Of a stretch of DNA of 37,858 nucleotides, positions 8,998 to 17,713 are shown piece by piece. Every line of letters starts with the position of its first letter. Position 1 is the stretch's first letter. Origin of the DNA: Candidatus Auribacterota bacterium (GTDB taxonomy: Bacteria; Auribacterota; UBA6266); NCBI GenBank assembly GCA_016933315.1, contig JAFGBE010000130.1, forward strand, positions 1 to 37,858, written 5' to 3'. Position numbers and translations under genes: made by a program. Under the pieces are notes generated by a model. That model made no database searches, was not told the DNA's origin, and was given only the letters and a program-made list of their open reading frames with translations.

Positions 8998-9648
8998 TCA
9001 GAATTTTTCCAGTATCATGACAAAAAGTTTCCTGTTAAGCCTTTTCCTGCCCACAGTCTCCTCATATTCGACTTTTGTCTGGAACCTGGGAATAAGTTTC
9101 AGGTTGTAAATTTCCCTGAAATCCGGCGGAGAAAAAACTCTCAGCGGCTCATTTGTCATTTTACTGTTGAATATGTTGGGAGAGGGTGATTTTTTCGGTT
9201 TCTTCAGTCCGCCGTCATCCCTGGAAAAATACGATATCATCAGCCTTCCTCCGGGCTTAAGGACGCGTGTTATTTCCGATGAGTAGGAAATAAGGTCTGC
9301 GTCTTTTATAAGTGTTGACGAGGTTGATATATCAAGCACGAAATCGAAGAAATTATCTTCAAAAGGAAAAGTTCTGACGGCATCCTGGTTATAAAGATGG
9401 ACATTTCCCAGTAAGTTCTCAAAGGACGCTTTCGCCTGGAATTCCTTCAGTCGCGCCATAACGGGGTCAAGCCCGAAGAAATTTACGTTCATTCTGGCGA
9501 AAACGATTCCGTTTAAGCCGCAGCCGCACAGGGGTTCAAGCATATTGCCGGATATATTAAGATTGTTTTTTATCGCATATTCGGTAAATACTTCAACCGA
9601 ACGAGAAGGATTTTCATCTGTTTTTAACGCTGTCTTGCTGTTTGGCAT
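8998..9648 (-). CDS. class I SAM-dependent methyltransferase
   Basis: 216 aa. Motif I-like MLEPLCGCGLNGIVFA, FGLDPV, and post-I/III VLKPGGRLMISYF. No SD sequence. A sigma70-like promoter abuts the ATG (see findings). Confidence 0.7.
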   Translation of the reverse strand: MPNSKTALKTDENPSRSVEVFTEYAIKNNLNISGNMLEPLCGCGLNGIVFARMNVNFFGLDPVMARLKEFQAKASFENLLGNVHLYNQDAVRTFPFEDNFFDFVLDISTSSTLIKDADLISYSSEITRVLKPGGRLMISYFSRDDGGLKKPKKSPSPNIFNSKMTNEPLRVFSPPDFREIYNLKLIPRFQTKVEYEETVGRKRLNRKLFVMILEKF

Positions 9649-9852
9649 AGGTATATCTTATTTTAAAACCGTTTTGTTTTCAAGATAATAAACCTCTTTG
9701 TTGCTTCAGGCGTCCGGCGGCCGGGAAGAAATACGGTTTTAACTAACGTTATGACAATAGGATACACCTATAAGCCGGATTTTTTTGCGGGAAAGAGAAA
9801 TGCTGTTGATATATTGTATAACTCTTTTTCCTGTAGAGAGTTATGCCTAAAT

Positions 9853-10266
9853 TTAACGAGACTGGTTGCCGGGGGGCATAAGGTGTAGCAGTTTAGGCAG
9901 TATAACTCTATCTGCCGGAACTAAATCGGTAATATTTATCTCTTCCGGTTTTACCCATGCAATAGACGCGCATTGCAGCGGCCGGGGATTTCCCCTTTTT
10001 ATTTTGCATACATAAAAACTGATTTTTACTTTTTTCTCCGGGTAGGCAAATAAGACGGAATCAAAATATTTTACAGCCTCGGCATCTACTCCAAGCTCTT
10101 CTTTAAGTTCCCGTTGTATGCAGTGTTCCGGTGTTTCGCCGGGCATTATTTTCCCGCCGGGAAACTCCCATTGCAGTTCAAGATGCGCTCCCTCAGGCCG
10201 CTGAGCAAGGAGGAATTTCGAGTTTTGCGTGATAATTGCCGCGCAGACAGTTATAACAGGCTTCAT
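9853..10266 (-). CDS. NUDIX hydrolase (MutT-like 8-oxo-dGTP diphosphatase family)
   Basis: 137 aa. Nudix box GGKIMPGETPEHCIQRELKEELGV preceded by WEFPGG. Confidence 0.85.
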   Translation of the reverse strand: MKPVITVCAAIITQNSKFLLAQRPEGAHLELQWEFPGGKIMPGETPEHCIQRELKEELGVDAEAVKYFDSVLFAYPEKKVKISFYVCKIKRGNPRPLQCASIAWVKPEEINITDLVPADRVILPKLLHLMPPGNQSR

Positions 10267-10271
10267 AATGA

Positions 10272-11975
10272 TTAAATTATGCCTTCGGCTTTTTTCCTTC
10301 GGGATATCAGCTCTTCGGCAAGCTTCATATTTACCTTGTTTGAATCCAGGAAACCCGCAAGTTTCCTGCTTTGCGCGTTTTCGACAGCGCAGATGAAATT
10401 TGTATTTGTCTGTTTCATTTGCTCAAGAGCTTCTTTAAGAGGAGTTTCCGGCGTTGTTATATCTCTGATAGGGTTCATTATATCGTGCGCGAGCAGAAGG
10501 GCGTCAAGCCCGGTTGTCGTAAGCACATGTTTTACTTCCTGGAAAGTTATGAACCCTGCGAGCATGTTTTCGGAGTCAATGACCGGATATGCAAAGTAAT
10601 CGCTTTTGCTGAAAGTTTTTAATATGTCTCCCAGCACAGCGTTAGTCCTTATTACCGGCGGGGTTACATCCATCACATCTTTGACTTTATACGTGGCGAT
10701 TAGCTCTTCTTCGGTTAAATTCAGGCCTATCTCCCCTGCTTTCTTTACCGCATATTTCACGAATGAAGGACCTACCAGCTGGACAACCAGGGTAGTGGTC
10801 GTTACAACGGTTATGATGATATCTGCTATTTCGGGGCTGAATTTGCGGCTGGCCATAATCGACAACCCCACCGCGACGCCGCCTTGCGTAAAAAGGCACA
10901 ACCCGGAGTATTTCTTGACGTTGTCCGACGCTCCGGAGAACTTTGCCCCGACATAAGCTCCTATTATCTTGCCGAAGCTTCTTCCAATGAGGTAAATAAC
11001 CGCTATTATTATAATCATGAATGAGAGGTGAGACAGCTGCAGCCTGGCCCCTACAAATACGAAAAACAGCACATATATGGGAGGAGCGAATTTTTTAACC
11101 AGTTCGAAGGTTTCCTCGCTTCTCTTGGGTATGAGGTTGACGGTTGTTATTCCGAAAAACATTGAGGAAAGAATTATGTCTAGGTCGAGCACGCTGGAAA
11201 GACCTATCGTTACCAGAATCAATCCGATTGAAAAAGGCAGCATCTTGTCGTGTTCGTTGAGATATCTGAAGGATTTTTTTAGTATATAGCCGAATATTAT
11301 GCCGAGAGCCGCCGCGCCCAGCAACTCATATGAAAACTGAAACACCGAATGGGATATGCTTATGGAAGTTTTCCCGATGAAAAGATCCGCGATATTTGTG
11401 GCAAATGCGTACAGGGTAAGGGCCAGCGCGTCGTCAAGCGCGACTATTGCCATGACAGCGGTTGTCAAAAGCCCCCGTGTTTTATATTCCCATAAGACCT
11501 GGATAGTCGAAGCCGGGTCTGTGGCCGATGAGATTGCCCCGATTACTATCGATATGGCGATGCTCAGGGCGAAATTATGTGTTGCTAACCACATGAACAG
11601 CGCGGTGAGGGGTGTTACAATAAGGAACGCCCCCAGCCCTTCTCCGATAACCATCGCGAAGAATTGCTTGCCGAACCTTCTGAAAAGGTCTGTCTTTAAT
11701 TCCCCTCCTATTATGAATCCTATTATCCCGAGGGCAAAGTAGGTAAACGGCCTTAAGACTTCGATTGTTTTGGCGGAGATTACCTTCAGCCCGGCTTCCC
11801 CGATTATAAGGCCTATGACGATGTAGCCTACAACCTGCGGGATCTTGAGGCGCTGGAATATACGGGCCCCTACGGTGCCTGCGAGTATGCAGATGCCGAC
11901 CAGCAGCATCAGGTTCAGGTTTGTTTCGGGGGAGATAAGGTTAATCCCGCATAATATATTCATAAGAAAAATCAA
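10272..11975 (-). CDS. cation:proton antiporter (CPA1/CPA2-type) with C-terminal CBS-domain pair
   Basis: 567 aa. About 12 TM segments with a Na+/H+ exchanger-like N-terminus (IFQRLKIPQVVGYIVIGLIIG). The C-terminal roughly 140 aa has CBS-like repeats (VKDVMDVTPPVI..., AHDIMNPIRDITTPE...). The start is ambiguous: a TTG at 11975 overlaps the upstream stop, or an ATG at 11963. Confidence 0.75.
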   Translation of the reverse strand: MIFLMNILCGINLISPETNLNLMLLVGICILAGTVGARIFQRLKIPQVVGYIVIGLIIGEAGLKVISAKTIEVLRPFTYFALGIIGFIIGGELKTDLFRRFGKQFFAMVIGEGLGAFLIVTPLTALFMWLATHNFALSIAISIVIGAISSATDPASTIQVLWEYKTRGLLTTAVMAIVALDDALALTLYAFATNIADLFIGKTSISISHSVFQFSYELLGAAALGIIFGYILKKSFRYLNEHDKMLPFSIGLILVTIGLSSVLDLDIILSSMFFGITTVNLIPKRSEETFELVKKFAPPIYVLFFVFVGARLQLSHLSFMIIIIAVIYLIGRSFGKIIGAYVGAKFSGASDNVKKYSGLCLFTQGGVAVGLSIMASRKFSPEIADIIITVVTTTTLVVQLVGPSFVKYAVKKAGEIGLNLTEEELIATYKVKDVMDVTPPVIRTNAVLGDILKTFSKSDYFAYPVIDSENMLAGFITFQEVKHVLTTTGLDALLLAHDIMNPIRDITTPETPLKEALEQMKQTNTNFICAVENAQSRKLAGFLDSNKVNMKLAEELISRRKKAEGII

Positions 11976-12427
11976 CTTCCTGTCAGGGTGGAGTATATCT
12001 CCTCGGGTGAAGCGCTCGCGAGGATTTTATCCCTGACGGATGCTTCTTTAAGAACGGATGTCACCGCCGAGAGCAGGCTTATATACATGGCGTGCTGTTT
12101 TTCTCCGGCGGCTATCATTATTATTATCCTGACGGGATTATTGTCCAGGGATTCATAATCCTTTATCCCTTCGGAAGACAGCCCGACCGCTAACACCGGG
12201 TCTTTCACGGATTTGATGCGGACATGGGGCACGGCTATGCCCAGCCCTATCCCCGTACTCATAAGTTTTTCGCGCTGCCATATCCCCTCTTCAAGTTCAT
12301 TTTTATCCGCGATCCCTGAGCTTCTGGCAAGCGCATCGATCAGCTCCGATAAAGCCTCCTTCTTGGTGGCAGCTTTAAGGAAAAGCACGTTTTTACTGTC
12401 AAGATATAGCGATATGTCTTTTTTCAT
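11972..12427 (-). CDS. PTS EIIA type-2 domain protein (PtsN/EIIA-Ntr-like regulator)
   Basis: Core motif MSTGIGLGIAVPHVR, with the phosphorylatable His in the GIAxPH context. Start set at the ATG (MKKDISLYL) at 12427 rather than the ORF-track start at 12487. Its stop overlaps the antiporter start. Confidence 0.75.
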   Translation of the reverse strand: MKKDISLYLDSKNVLFLKAATKKEALSELIDALARSSGIADKNELEEGIWQREKLMSTGIGLGIAVPHVRIKSVKDPVLAVGLSSEGIKDYESLDNNPVRIIIMIAAGEKQHAMYISLLSAVTSVLKEASVRDKILASASPEEIYSTLTGS

Positions 12428-12564
12428 AAATGGCCGTAAAATACAAGGGTTTAGCGTAGCAGAAAGACAAAACACTGTCAATGTCACTTTAATTGACTTT
12501 TTTGAGACATTGGTTTATCCTTAATTGAAAATTGAAATGCTCAAAATTAAAGAGGGGGTATTTA

Positions 12565-13137
12565 ATGAGAAAAATATTTTCTGTTGTTCTTGTGACAGCG
12601 GTGTTTTTCGTGCTGTCCGCCAACACCGCTGTGGCCAGAAGAAATGAAAGAAGACTGACCGATTATATCAATAATATGGAAGTCTGCAGGGTCTGTATCC
12701 TGGATTTCAAAAATTCTTCGGGGAATGCCGATGCCAGCCCCGAAGTGCATAGACAGATGCTTGTCAATGCGTTGCGGCAAAGGACCTCGCATAATTTTAT
12801 GATCGTTGACAATCCGTCGGAAGCGGACATTGTGGTCAACGCCGATATAAAAAAGTTTCTTTATTCCGAGGAAGATCCTGTTTATGACGGTATTATAGGC
12901 ATGGGTATGACACCCGTCAATCCGGCCGGCCTTGCCATGGATATAGCGATGGACCAGAACTATGTCGAAAATGATATCGAATATGATATCACCGACAGCA
13001 AAGGTCGGAAACTCTGGAATGGGACAGTGGATTCCAATGTTACAAAAAGCGATATGCCTTTGAATGACGCTGTGGAGCTTGTCGGGCAGCGATCCGCCCG
13101 GAACCTGTTTATGAAATGCTTTAAGAAAGACCGGTAG
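12565..13137 (+). CDS. secreted hypothetical protein
   Basis: Signal peptide MRKIFSVVLVTAVFFVLSANTAVA. GAGGGGG lies 7 nt upstream of the ATG at 12565. I recognised no family. Confidence 0.5.
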   Translation: MRKIFSVVLVTAVFFVLSANTAVARRNERRLTDYINNMEVCRVCILDFKNSSGNADASPEVHRQMLVNALRQRTSHNFMIVDNPSEADIVVNADIKKFLYSEEDPVYDGIIGMGMTPVNPAGLAMDIAMDQNYVENDIEYDITDSKGRKLWNGTVDSNVTKSDMPLNDAVELVGQRSARNLFMKCFKKDR

Positions 13138-13155
13138 GGCGCCGCGGGATTTGTA

Positions 13156-13187
13156 AAACGGGCTGATTTAATCAGCCCGTTTTTTTA
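13156..13187. terminator. bidirectional rho-independent terminator between convergent genes
   Basis: aaaACGGGCTGAtttaaTCAGCCCGTttttttt. A GC-rich 9-10 bp stem is flanked by an A-run and a T-run, between the 12565-13137 (+) and 13185-13400 (-) genes. Confidence 0.8.
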
Positions 13188-13400
13188 TTTCTGAAGTTCT
13201 TTTTTCCTTTGTTCCAGGTGTTCTATGTATTTTGATTTTCCGCCGCCCATGGAGTCTTTCGCGGCTTTAAGGGCGCTTTCTACCTCGTTAAGGGTCATTT
13301 TGGAAAGTTTTTTCCGCCCTTTTCCCGCGGCCGGCGCTTCCCCGGCTGGCGATGCGTCTTTTTTCTGCTCTGTCTTGTTTTCCTGTTTTTCTTCAGCCAT
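13185..13400 (-). CDS. small Lys/Glu-rich hypothetical protein
   Basis: 71 aa. GGGAGGAAG RBS upstream of the ATG. A candidate TTGAAT-N16-TAAAAT promoter lies at 13431-13458 on the minus strand. No recognisable domain. Confidence 0.5.
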   Translation of the reverse strand: MAEEKQENKTEQKKDASPAGEAPAAGKGRKKLSKMTLNEVESALKAAKDSMGGGKSKYIEHLEQRKKELQK

Positions 13401-13557
13401 ACTTCCTCCCTTTCATTAAAACCTTAGTCGATTTTACGCATTTTTAAAATATATTCAATGAAAAATATGCTTTCGCCGGTTTGCCGGGTTTTGTGATATT
13501 TTATAATTGCTATTAATCGAAAGGTATTATATTATAAAGCGAAATAAGGAGGAAAAC

Positions 13558-14406
13558 ATGAAAAAAACAGCTGCTATTCTGTCGTTTCTGTTTATTATAG
13601 GGATAACTTTTTTCGCTGTTTCCGGTGAAAAGTCGGATTCGGATAAGGATTTCCAGTGGTGGCCTACAGACGCCAAACCCGGCCCCGTGAAAGATGATGA
13701 GCGCGGGGGATACTGGTGGTGGCCGGAATATCCGGGGCAGGTCAGGCCCTATGGCAACAGGGGATTTGTATACGTGAATAAGATAATCCCCGGCTCTGAA
13801 GGCGAACCGGCGATAGTCATCAAAAAGATATTTAAAAACGTAAAGATTTACTTTGATACGGACAAGGCTGATATAAGAGGCGACGCTGTCCCCGTGCTTG
13901 AGACGGGTGTGACGCTTCTGCGCAAGAATCCCCAGAGCACCATTCTGATAACGGGGAATTGCGACGCCAGAGGCAAGGAAGCATACAATATGCTGTTAGG
14001 CGAGAAAAGAGGGGAAGTTGTTAAAAATTACATGATACAGCACGGCGTTCCCGAAGAAAGAATACGGATAGTCAGCAAAGGGAAATTAAATGCGGTTGCC
14101 CCCGTAGGCGATATAGAGGGAATGCAGAAAGACAGGAACGCGCAGTTTATGGTGGCTGACATAATTGAAGTGCCGATGACCGAATGGACCCAGGGCACGG
14201 TAAAAGACGTGAAAGAAATAGCCCCCGAAGTCAGGGTCGAAGTCAAGGAATATAGCGTCCAGAAGGGAGATACCCTCTGGAAAATATCCGAGAAGGTTTA
14301 CGGTGATCCTACGCGGTGGACCAGGATATTCGACGCGAATAAAAACAAGCTTAAAAGCCCGAATGACCTGAAAGTGGGACAGATCCTGGAAATCCCGCTT
14401 AATTAA
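13558..14406 (+). CDS. OmpA-family peptidoglycan-binding protein with C-terminal LysM domain
   Basis: Start set at the ATG 13558 (AGGAGGAAAAC upstream). Signal/anchor MKKTAAILSFLFIIGITFFAVSG. OmpA_C-like IYFDTDKADIR...ITGNCDARGKEAYNMLLGEKRGEVV. LysM YSVQKGDTLWKISEKVYGDPTRWTRIFDANKNKLKSPNDLKVGQILEIP. Confidence 0.85.
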   Translation: MKKTAAILSFLFIIGITFFAVSGEKSDSDKDFQWWPTDAKPGPVKDDERGGYWWWPEYPGQVRPYGNRGFVYVNKIIPGSEGEPAIVIKKIFKNVKIYFDTDKADIRGDAVPVLETGVTLLRKNPQSTILITGNCDARGKEAYNMLLGEKRGEVVKNYMIQHGVPEERIRIVSKGKLNAVAPVGDIEGMQKDRNAQFMVADIIEVPMTEWTQGTVKDVKEIAPEVRVEVKEYSVQKGDTLWKISEKVYGDPTRWTRIFDANKNKLKSPNDLKVGQILEIPLN

Positions 14407-14504
14407 TATTTATTTTATTTTGACGGTGAGTTTTCCGAAGATGGATATCCCCTTTTCTTTGCGGGTCCCCTGAGGCGCGTGAATTTTAAACGGAGAGAAA
14501 AGTA

Positions 14505-16019
14505 ATGGCTAACTTTGCGTTCTGTAATAAATGCCGCGAAACCGTTCCGGCCGAACATGTCGAAAGGGACGGCAAGATATTCCTCAGTAAAAATTGCCCG
14601 AAATGCGGTATTACGGAGACTCTCATCTCCAATAACGCTGAAGCGTATAAAAACAAGCGCGATTTTATGGGGGCTGTTGAATATGAAGGATGTAACCTTG
14701 ACTGCCTTAAATGCGAGCACAAGGAACCCGACATTGTTTTTATCGAATTGACCAACAGATGTAACATGAATTGCCCTATCTGTATTACCAATGTCCCTTC
14801 CATGGGTTTTGAATTTGAGCCGGATATGGAGTATTTCAGGCTTATATTCGAAGACCTTTCGAAGATGAAAAAGAAGCCGTCAGTCCAGCTTTTTGGCGGG
14901 GAACCCACGGTAAGAGAAGACCTTTTTGATATTATCAGGCTTGCGAAATCATACGGCCTTTCGGTCCGGGTTGTCACCAACGGCTTGAAGCTTGCTGACA
15001 AGAAATACTGCGATGATTTAATGGAAGAAGGTGTTTCCGTCCTTATATCGTTTGACGGGTTTGACAGGAAACTTTATGAGATTTTCAGGGGTATGCCGAA
15101 AGCCCTTGACCTGAAGCTCCAGGCTCTGGAAAACCTGAAAAACAGAAAAAAAGGCAAAGTTATTCTGATGACAGTTGCCTCGAAGGAGCAGGACATAGGG
15201 GAACTCAGGCGGCTTTTTGAATTCTGCCTGGAGAATAAGCATGTTGCCCGCGGGATGTTTATAATGCCGCTTGCCCATATGTGGTCTCCTGACCGGCTTG
15301 ATTATAACCCGGAGAGAACGACTCCGGAAGATGTGGAAGAGCTGGTGGATAAGGTTGTTGGCGGAGGTGTTGAATTTATTCCCCTCGGCTCGCTGGACAC
15401 CGGAGTCTTCAGCAAGATACTTAAACTGAAAGAGATGCCGTTTTTAGGTGTGCATCCGAACTGCGAGAGCATTACTCTTCTTGTGTCGGACGGGAAAAAG
15501 TTTTTGCCCTTGGGCAAATTTCTCAGGAAAGGCTTTGCCGGACTTATTGTTGATTTAAGAAGAACGGGCACTAAACTGTCTGTCGGGGAGAGAATCTCTT
15601 TTTTGACCCGTATTCGGGCATATCTCTCTGTTTTCAGGGTTGTCGTAACGAATTTCAACTTCGGGGCTGCCGTCGGTAAAAAAGGTATATCTGCGTTCCT
15701 GAAGTGGATGAAGATATTCTTTAAAGTTATTACCGGAGAGAAACTGAAGGATGTCATCCGCCGCGAAACAATTATGAAAGGGGCTTTGCAGATAATAGTG
15801 CTTCCTTTCGAAGATTACGATACTACCGAGGCCGTCCGGCTCAAAATGTGCGTTTCCTGTTTTGTTTATCCGGATTCAGGGAAAAATATAAAGAGAGTGC
15901 CTGTATGCGCCTGGGAACGGCATAAAAAAGTGATAATGAAAGAAGTCGCGGAAATATACAATAAGCCGGGTTTCAACAAAGGGTTAAAAAGGTCCGGAAA
16001 TGTGGCAGAAAAAGTTTAA
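14505..16019 (+). CDS. radical SAM protein, MJ0619/COG1964-type (Tes/GDGT-MAS-like), paralog 1
   Basis: 504 aa. N-terminal 4-Cys knuckle CNKC...(20 aa)...CPKC. An extra CX3CX2C (CNLDCLKC). The radical SAM CX3CX2C in IELTNRCNMNCPIC. GGEPTV SAM motif. C-terminal CVSC...C. Confidence 0.65.
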   Translation: MANFAFCNKCRETVPAEHVERDGKIFLSKNCPKCGITETLISNNAEAYKNKRDFMGAVEYEGCNLDCLKCEHKEPDIVFIELTNRCNMNCPICITNVPSMGFEFEPDMEYFRLIFEDLSKMKKKPSVQLFGGEPTVREDLFDIIRLAKSYGLSVRVVTNGLKLADKKYCDDLMEEGVSVLISFDGFDRKLYEIFRGMPKALDLKLQALENLKNRKKGKVILMTVASKEQDIGELRRLFEFCLENKHVARGMFIMPLAHMWSPDRLDYNPERTTPEDVEELVDKVVGGGVEFIPLGSLDTGVFSKILKLKEMPFLGVHPNCESITLLVSDGKKFLPLGKFLRKGFAGLIVDLRRTGTKLSVGERISFLTRIRAYLSVFRVVVTNFNFGAAVGKKGISAFLKWMKIFFKVITGEKLKDVIRRETIMKGALQIIVLPFEDYDTTEAVRLKMCVSCFVYPDSGKNIKRVPVCAWERHKKVIMKEVAEIYNKPGFNKGLKRSGNVAEKV

Positions 16020-17520
16020 AAGCATATGTCCCGTATGCGACAGGCCTCTTGAAGCTTTTTTTTATGAGGAAGCCGGCAAAATCTATATAAAGAAGGACTG
16101 CCCCGAGCACGGAAAAATCATAGACCTTGCTTCTTCGGATAAAGATATTTTCATAGGCAAGATGTCTCTCGCCCATGAAGACTATTCCCGGAACTGCAGC
16201 ATAGAAAGATGCAATGTCGGGATATTCGCCTGCAAGGATCACTTCGCCAGGAAAGCCCCTATTACCTTTATTGAAGTCACGCCGAGATGCAATATGCAGT
16301 GCCCTATCTGCTATATAGACGCCAGCACAAGAGGCAGCGATGTGCCGCTTGAAGACATAAAAAAAATGCTGGATGAAGTGCGGAAGAACGATCCCGATAC
16401 GCATCTTGTGCTTATAGGCGGGGAACCCACCATTCATAAAGATTTTTTCGGCATCCTCGATGCTGTCAGGCAGGCCGGGTTGATAAAAAGGTGTTACCTT
16501 GCCACTAACGGCATAACAATGTCCGATGAAAATTTTTGCAGGAAGGTCTACGACGCGGGACTGCGCTGGTTCTATCTTGCTTTTGACGGTGTGGACAAGG
16601 ATATATGCAAGCGTATAAGGGGCAGCTATCGTTCCTATGATGCGGCTAGAAAGACAATAGAAAACCTCAGGAAATTCAAGCGGGCGAGAATCGTGCTGTC
16701 TGTTACCGTAGTAAAAGGCCTTAACGAATCGCAGTTGCCGAAGGTTGTTGATTTCGCTCTTGAGAACACTGACGTTGTAAAACGCATTTCAATATCTGTA
16801 GAAATCTTTTGCGGCAGGCAGACGCTTATACCCGATGTCATAGACAAGAGGATTACACCGGAATGTATCGAGAAGATATTGACCGGCAGCCTCGGCCTGC
16901 AGTCAGCTACTATGGCGCTGGCCCTCGTTGGAGTTGCAATGAGGCCGCTGAAGATAGCCGGGCTTCTGCCGGAAAAGTTGTGGACCTACACCATGCCCCA
17001 TCCTATGTGCGGAAGCATAGGGCTAATAGGCAAAAAGGCGGATGGCCGGCGTTTCTCTATAATTGATTCGCTTGTCAGAAATCCCGGCAAAAATCTTTAC
17101 AGGCACGGCCTGAGGATTGAAAAACTGGCCCACAGGATGGAGAAAGCAAAAAGCAGGCTCTCAAAAAACATATTCGGCAGAATTCTGTGGAAGATGCTTG
17201 TCTTTTCTTTTTTTATTCCTGTCTATTTTATAATGCTGGCTGCTTTTATCAGGCCTTTGTTTATTCTCGATAGCATTAAATCTTTTTTCCTGTCGGTTAT
17301 CACAGGGAAGAAGATGAAGGACTGTTTATTAGGAAGAAAAAGAATGGAGATACATTACCTTGTATGCTCCGATAAATATAATTTTATCTGGGAAAAGATG
17401 CCTTATTGCGCGACACATCACTACAGGATAGACCCCAAAAGCAAAAAAGTCATAAAAATGTGCGGTTGTTATGTTTTGCCTTTCAGAAGCTACACCGAGT
17501 CCTGCAACACAATGGGATAG
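16000..17520 (+). CDS. radical SAM protein, MJ0619/COG1964-type (Tes/GDGT-MAS-like), paralog 2
   Basis: 506 aa, and the ATG overlaps paralog 1 by 20 nt. CPVC...KKDCPEHGK knuckle, IEVTPRCNMQCPIC, GGEPTI. It is clearly colinear with paralog 1 through the TIM-barrel region. Hydrophobic segment ILWKMLVFSFFIPVYFIMLAAFIRPLFIL. C-terminal C...CGC. Confidence 0.65.
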   Translation: MWQKKFKSICPVCDRPLEAFFYEEAGKIYIKKDCPEHGKIIDLASSDKDIFIGKMSLAHEDYSRNCSIERCNVGIFACKDHFARKAPITFIEVTPRCNMQCPICYIDASTRGSDVPLEDIKKMLDEVRKNDPDTHLVLIGGEPTIHKDFFGILDAVRQAGLIKRCYLATNGITMSDENFCRKVYDAGLRWFYLAFDGVDKDICKRIRGSYRSYDAARKTIENLRKFKRARIVLSVTVVKGLNESQLPKVVDFALENTDVVKRISISVEIFCGRQTLIPDVIDKRITPECIEKILTGSLGLQSATMALALVGVAMRPLKIAGLLPEKLWTYTMPHPMCGSIGLIGKKADGRRFSIIDSLVRNPGKNLYRHGLRIEKLAHRMEKAKSRLSKNIFGRILWKMLVFSFFIPVYFIMLAAFIRPLFILDSIKSFFLSVITGKKMKDCLLGRKRMEIHYLVCSDKYNFIWEKMPYCATHHYRIDPKSKKVIKMCGCYVLPFRSYTESCNTMG

Positions 17521-17562
17521 AAGTATATAGTTTTAAAAAATCAGAAAAACAAAGAAATTGTG

Positions 17563-17675
17563 ACCACAGATTACACAGATACACACAGATAAGAAAACTA
17601 AAAGCGCACAAATTCTGAAAGTTTTAGTTATATAAAATAGCATTTAATCTGTGATTATCTGAGTTATCTGTGGTT
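17563..17675. repeat. Intergenic inverted-repeat element, family A, compact copy
   Basis: Left arm ACCACAGATTACACAGATACACACAGATAA (17563-17592). AT-rich spacer of about 53 nt. Right arm AATCTGTGATTATCTGAGTTATCTGTGGTT (17646-17675) is an imperfect reverse complement of the left arm. Confidence 0.85.
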
Positions 17676-17713
17676 AATAAAAAATAACGTATGTGCTTTA
17701 TTAATCAAAGCCG

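Noticed and set aside
14505-17520. Radical SAM pair as RiPP/SPASM peptide maturases
   Set aside because: There is no SPASM-type C-terminal 7-Cys domain. No plausible precursor peptide ORF with an RBS is nearby. The only mini-ORF, 14441-14473, encodes 10 aa and has no SD. The N-terminal knuckle plus extra CX3CX2C architecture fits the MJ0619/Tes family better.
17563-17675. Possible CRISPR-like repeat array
   Set aside because: There are only two arms, in inverted rather than direct orientation, built from degenerate 8-10-nt units. There is no regular repeat-spacer periodicity and no cas genes in the window.
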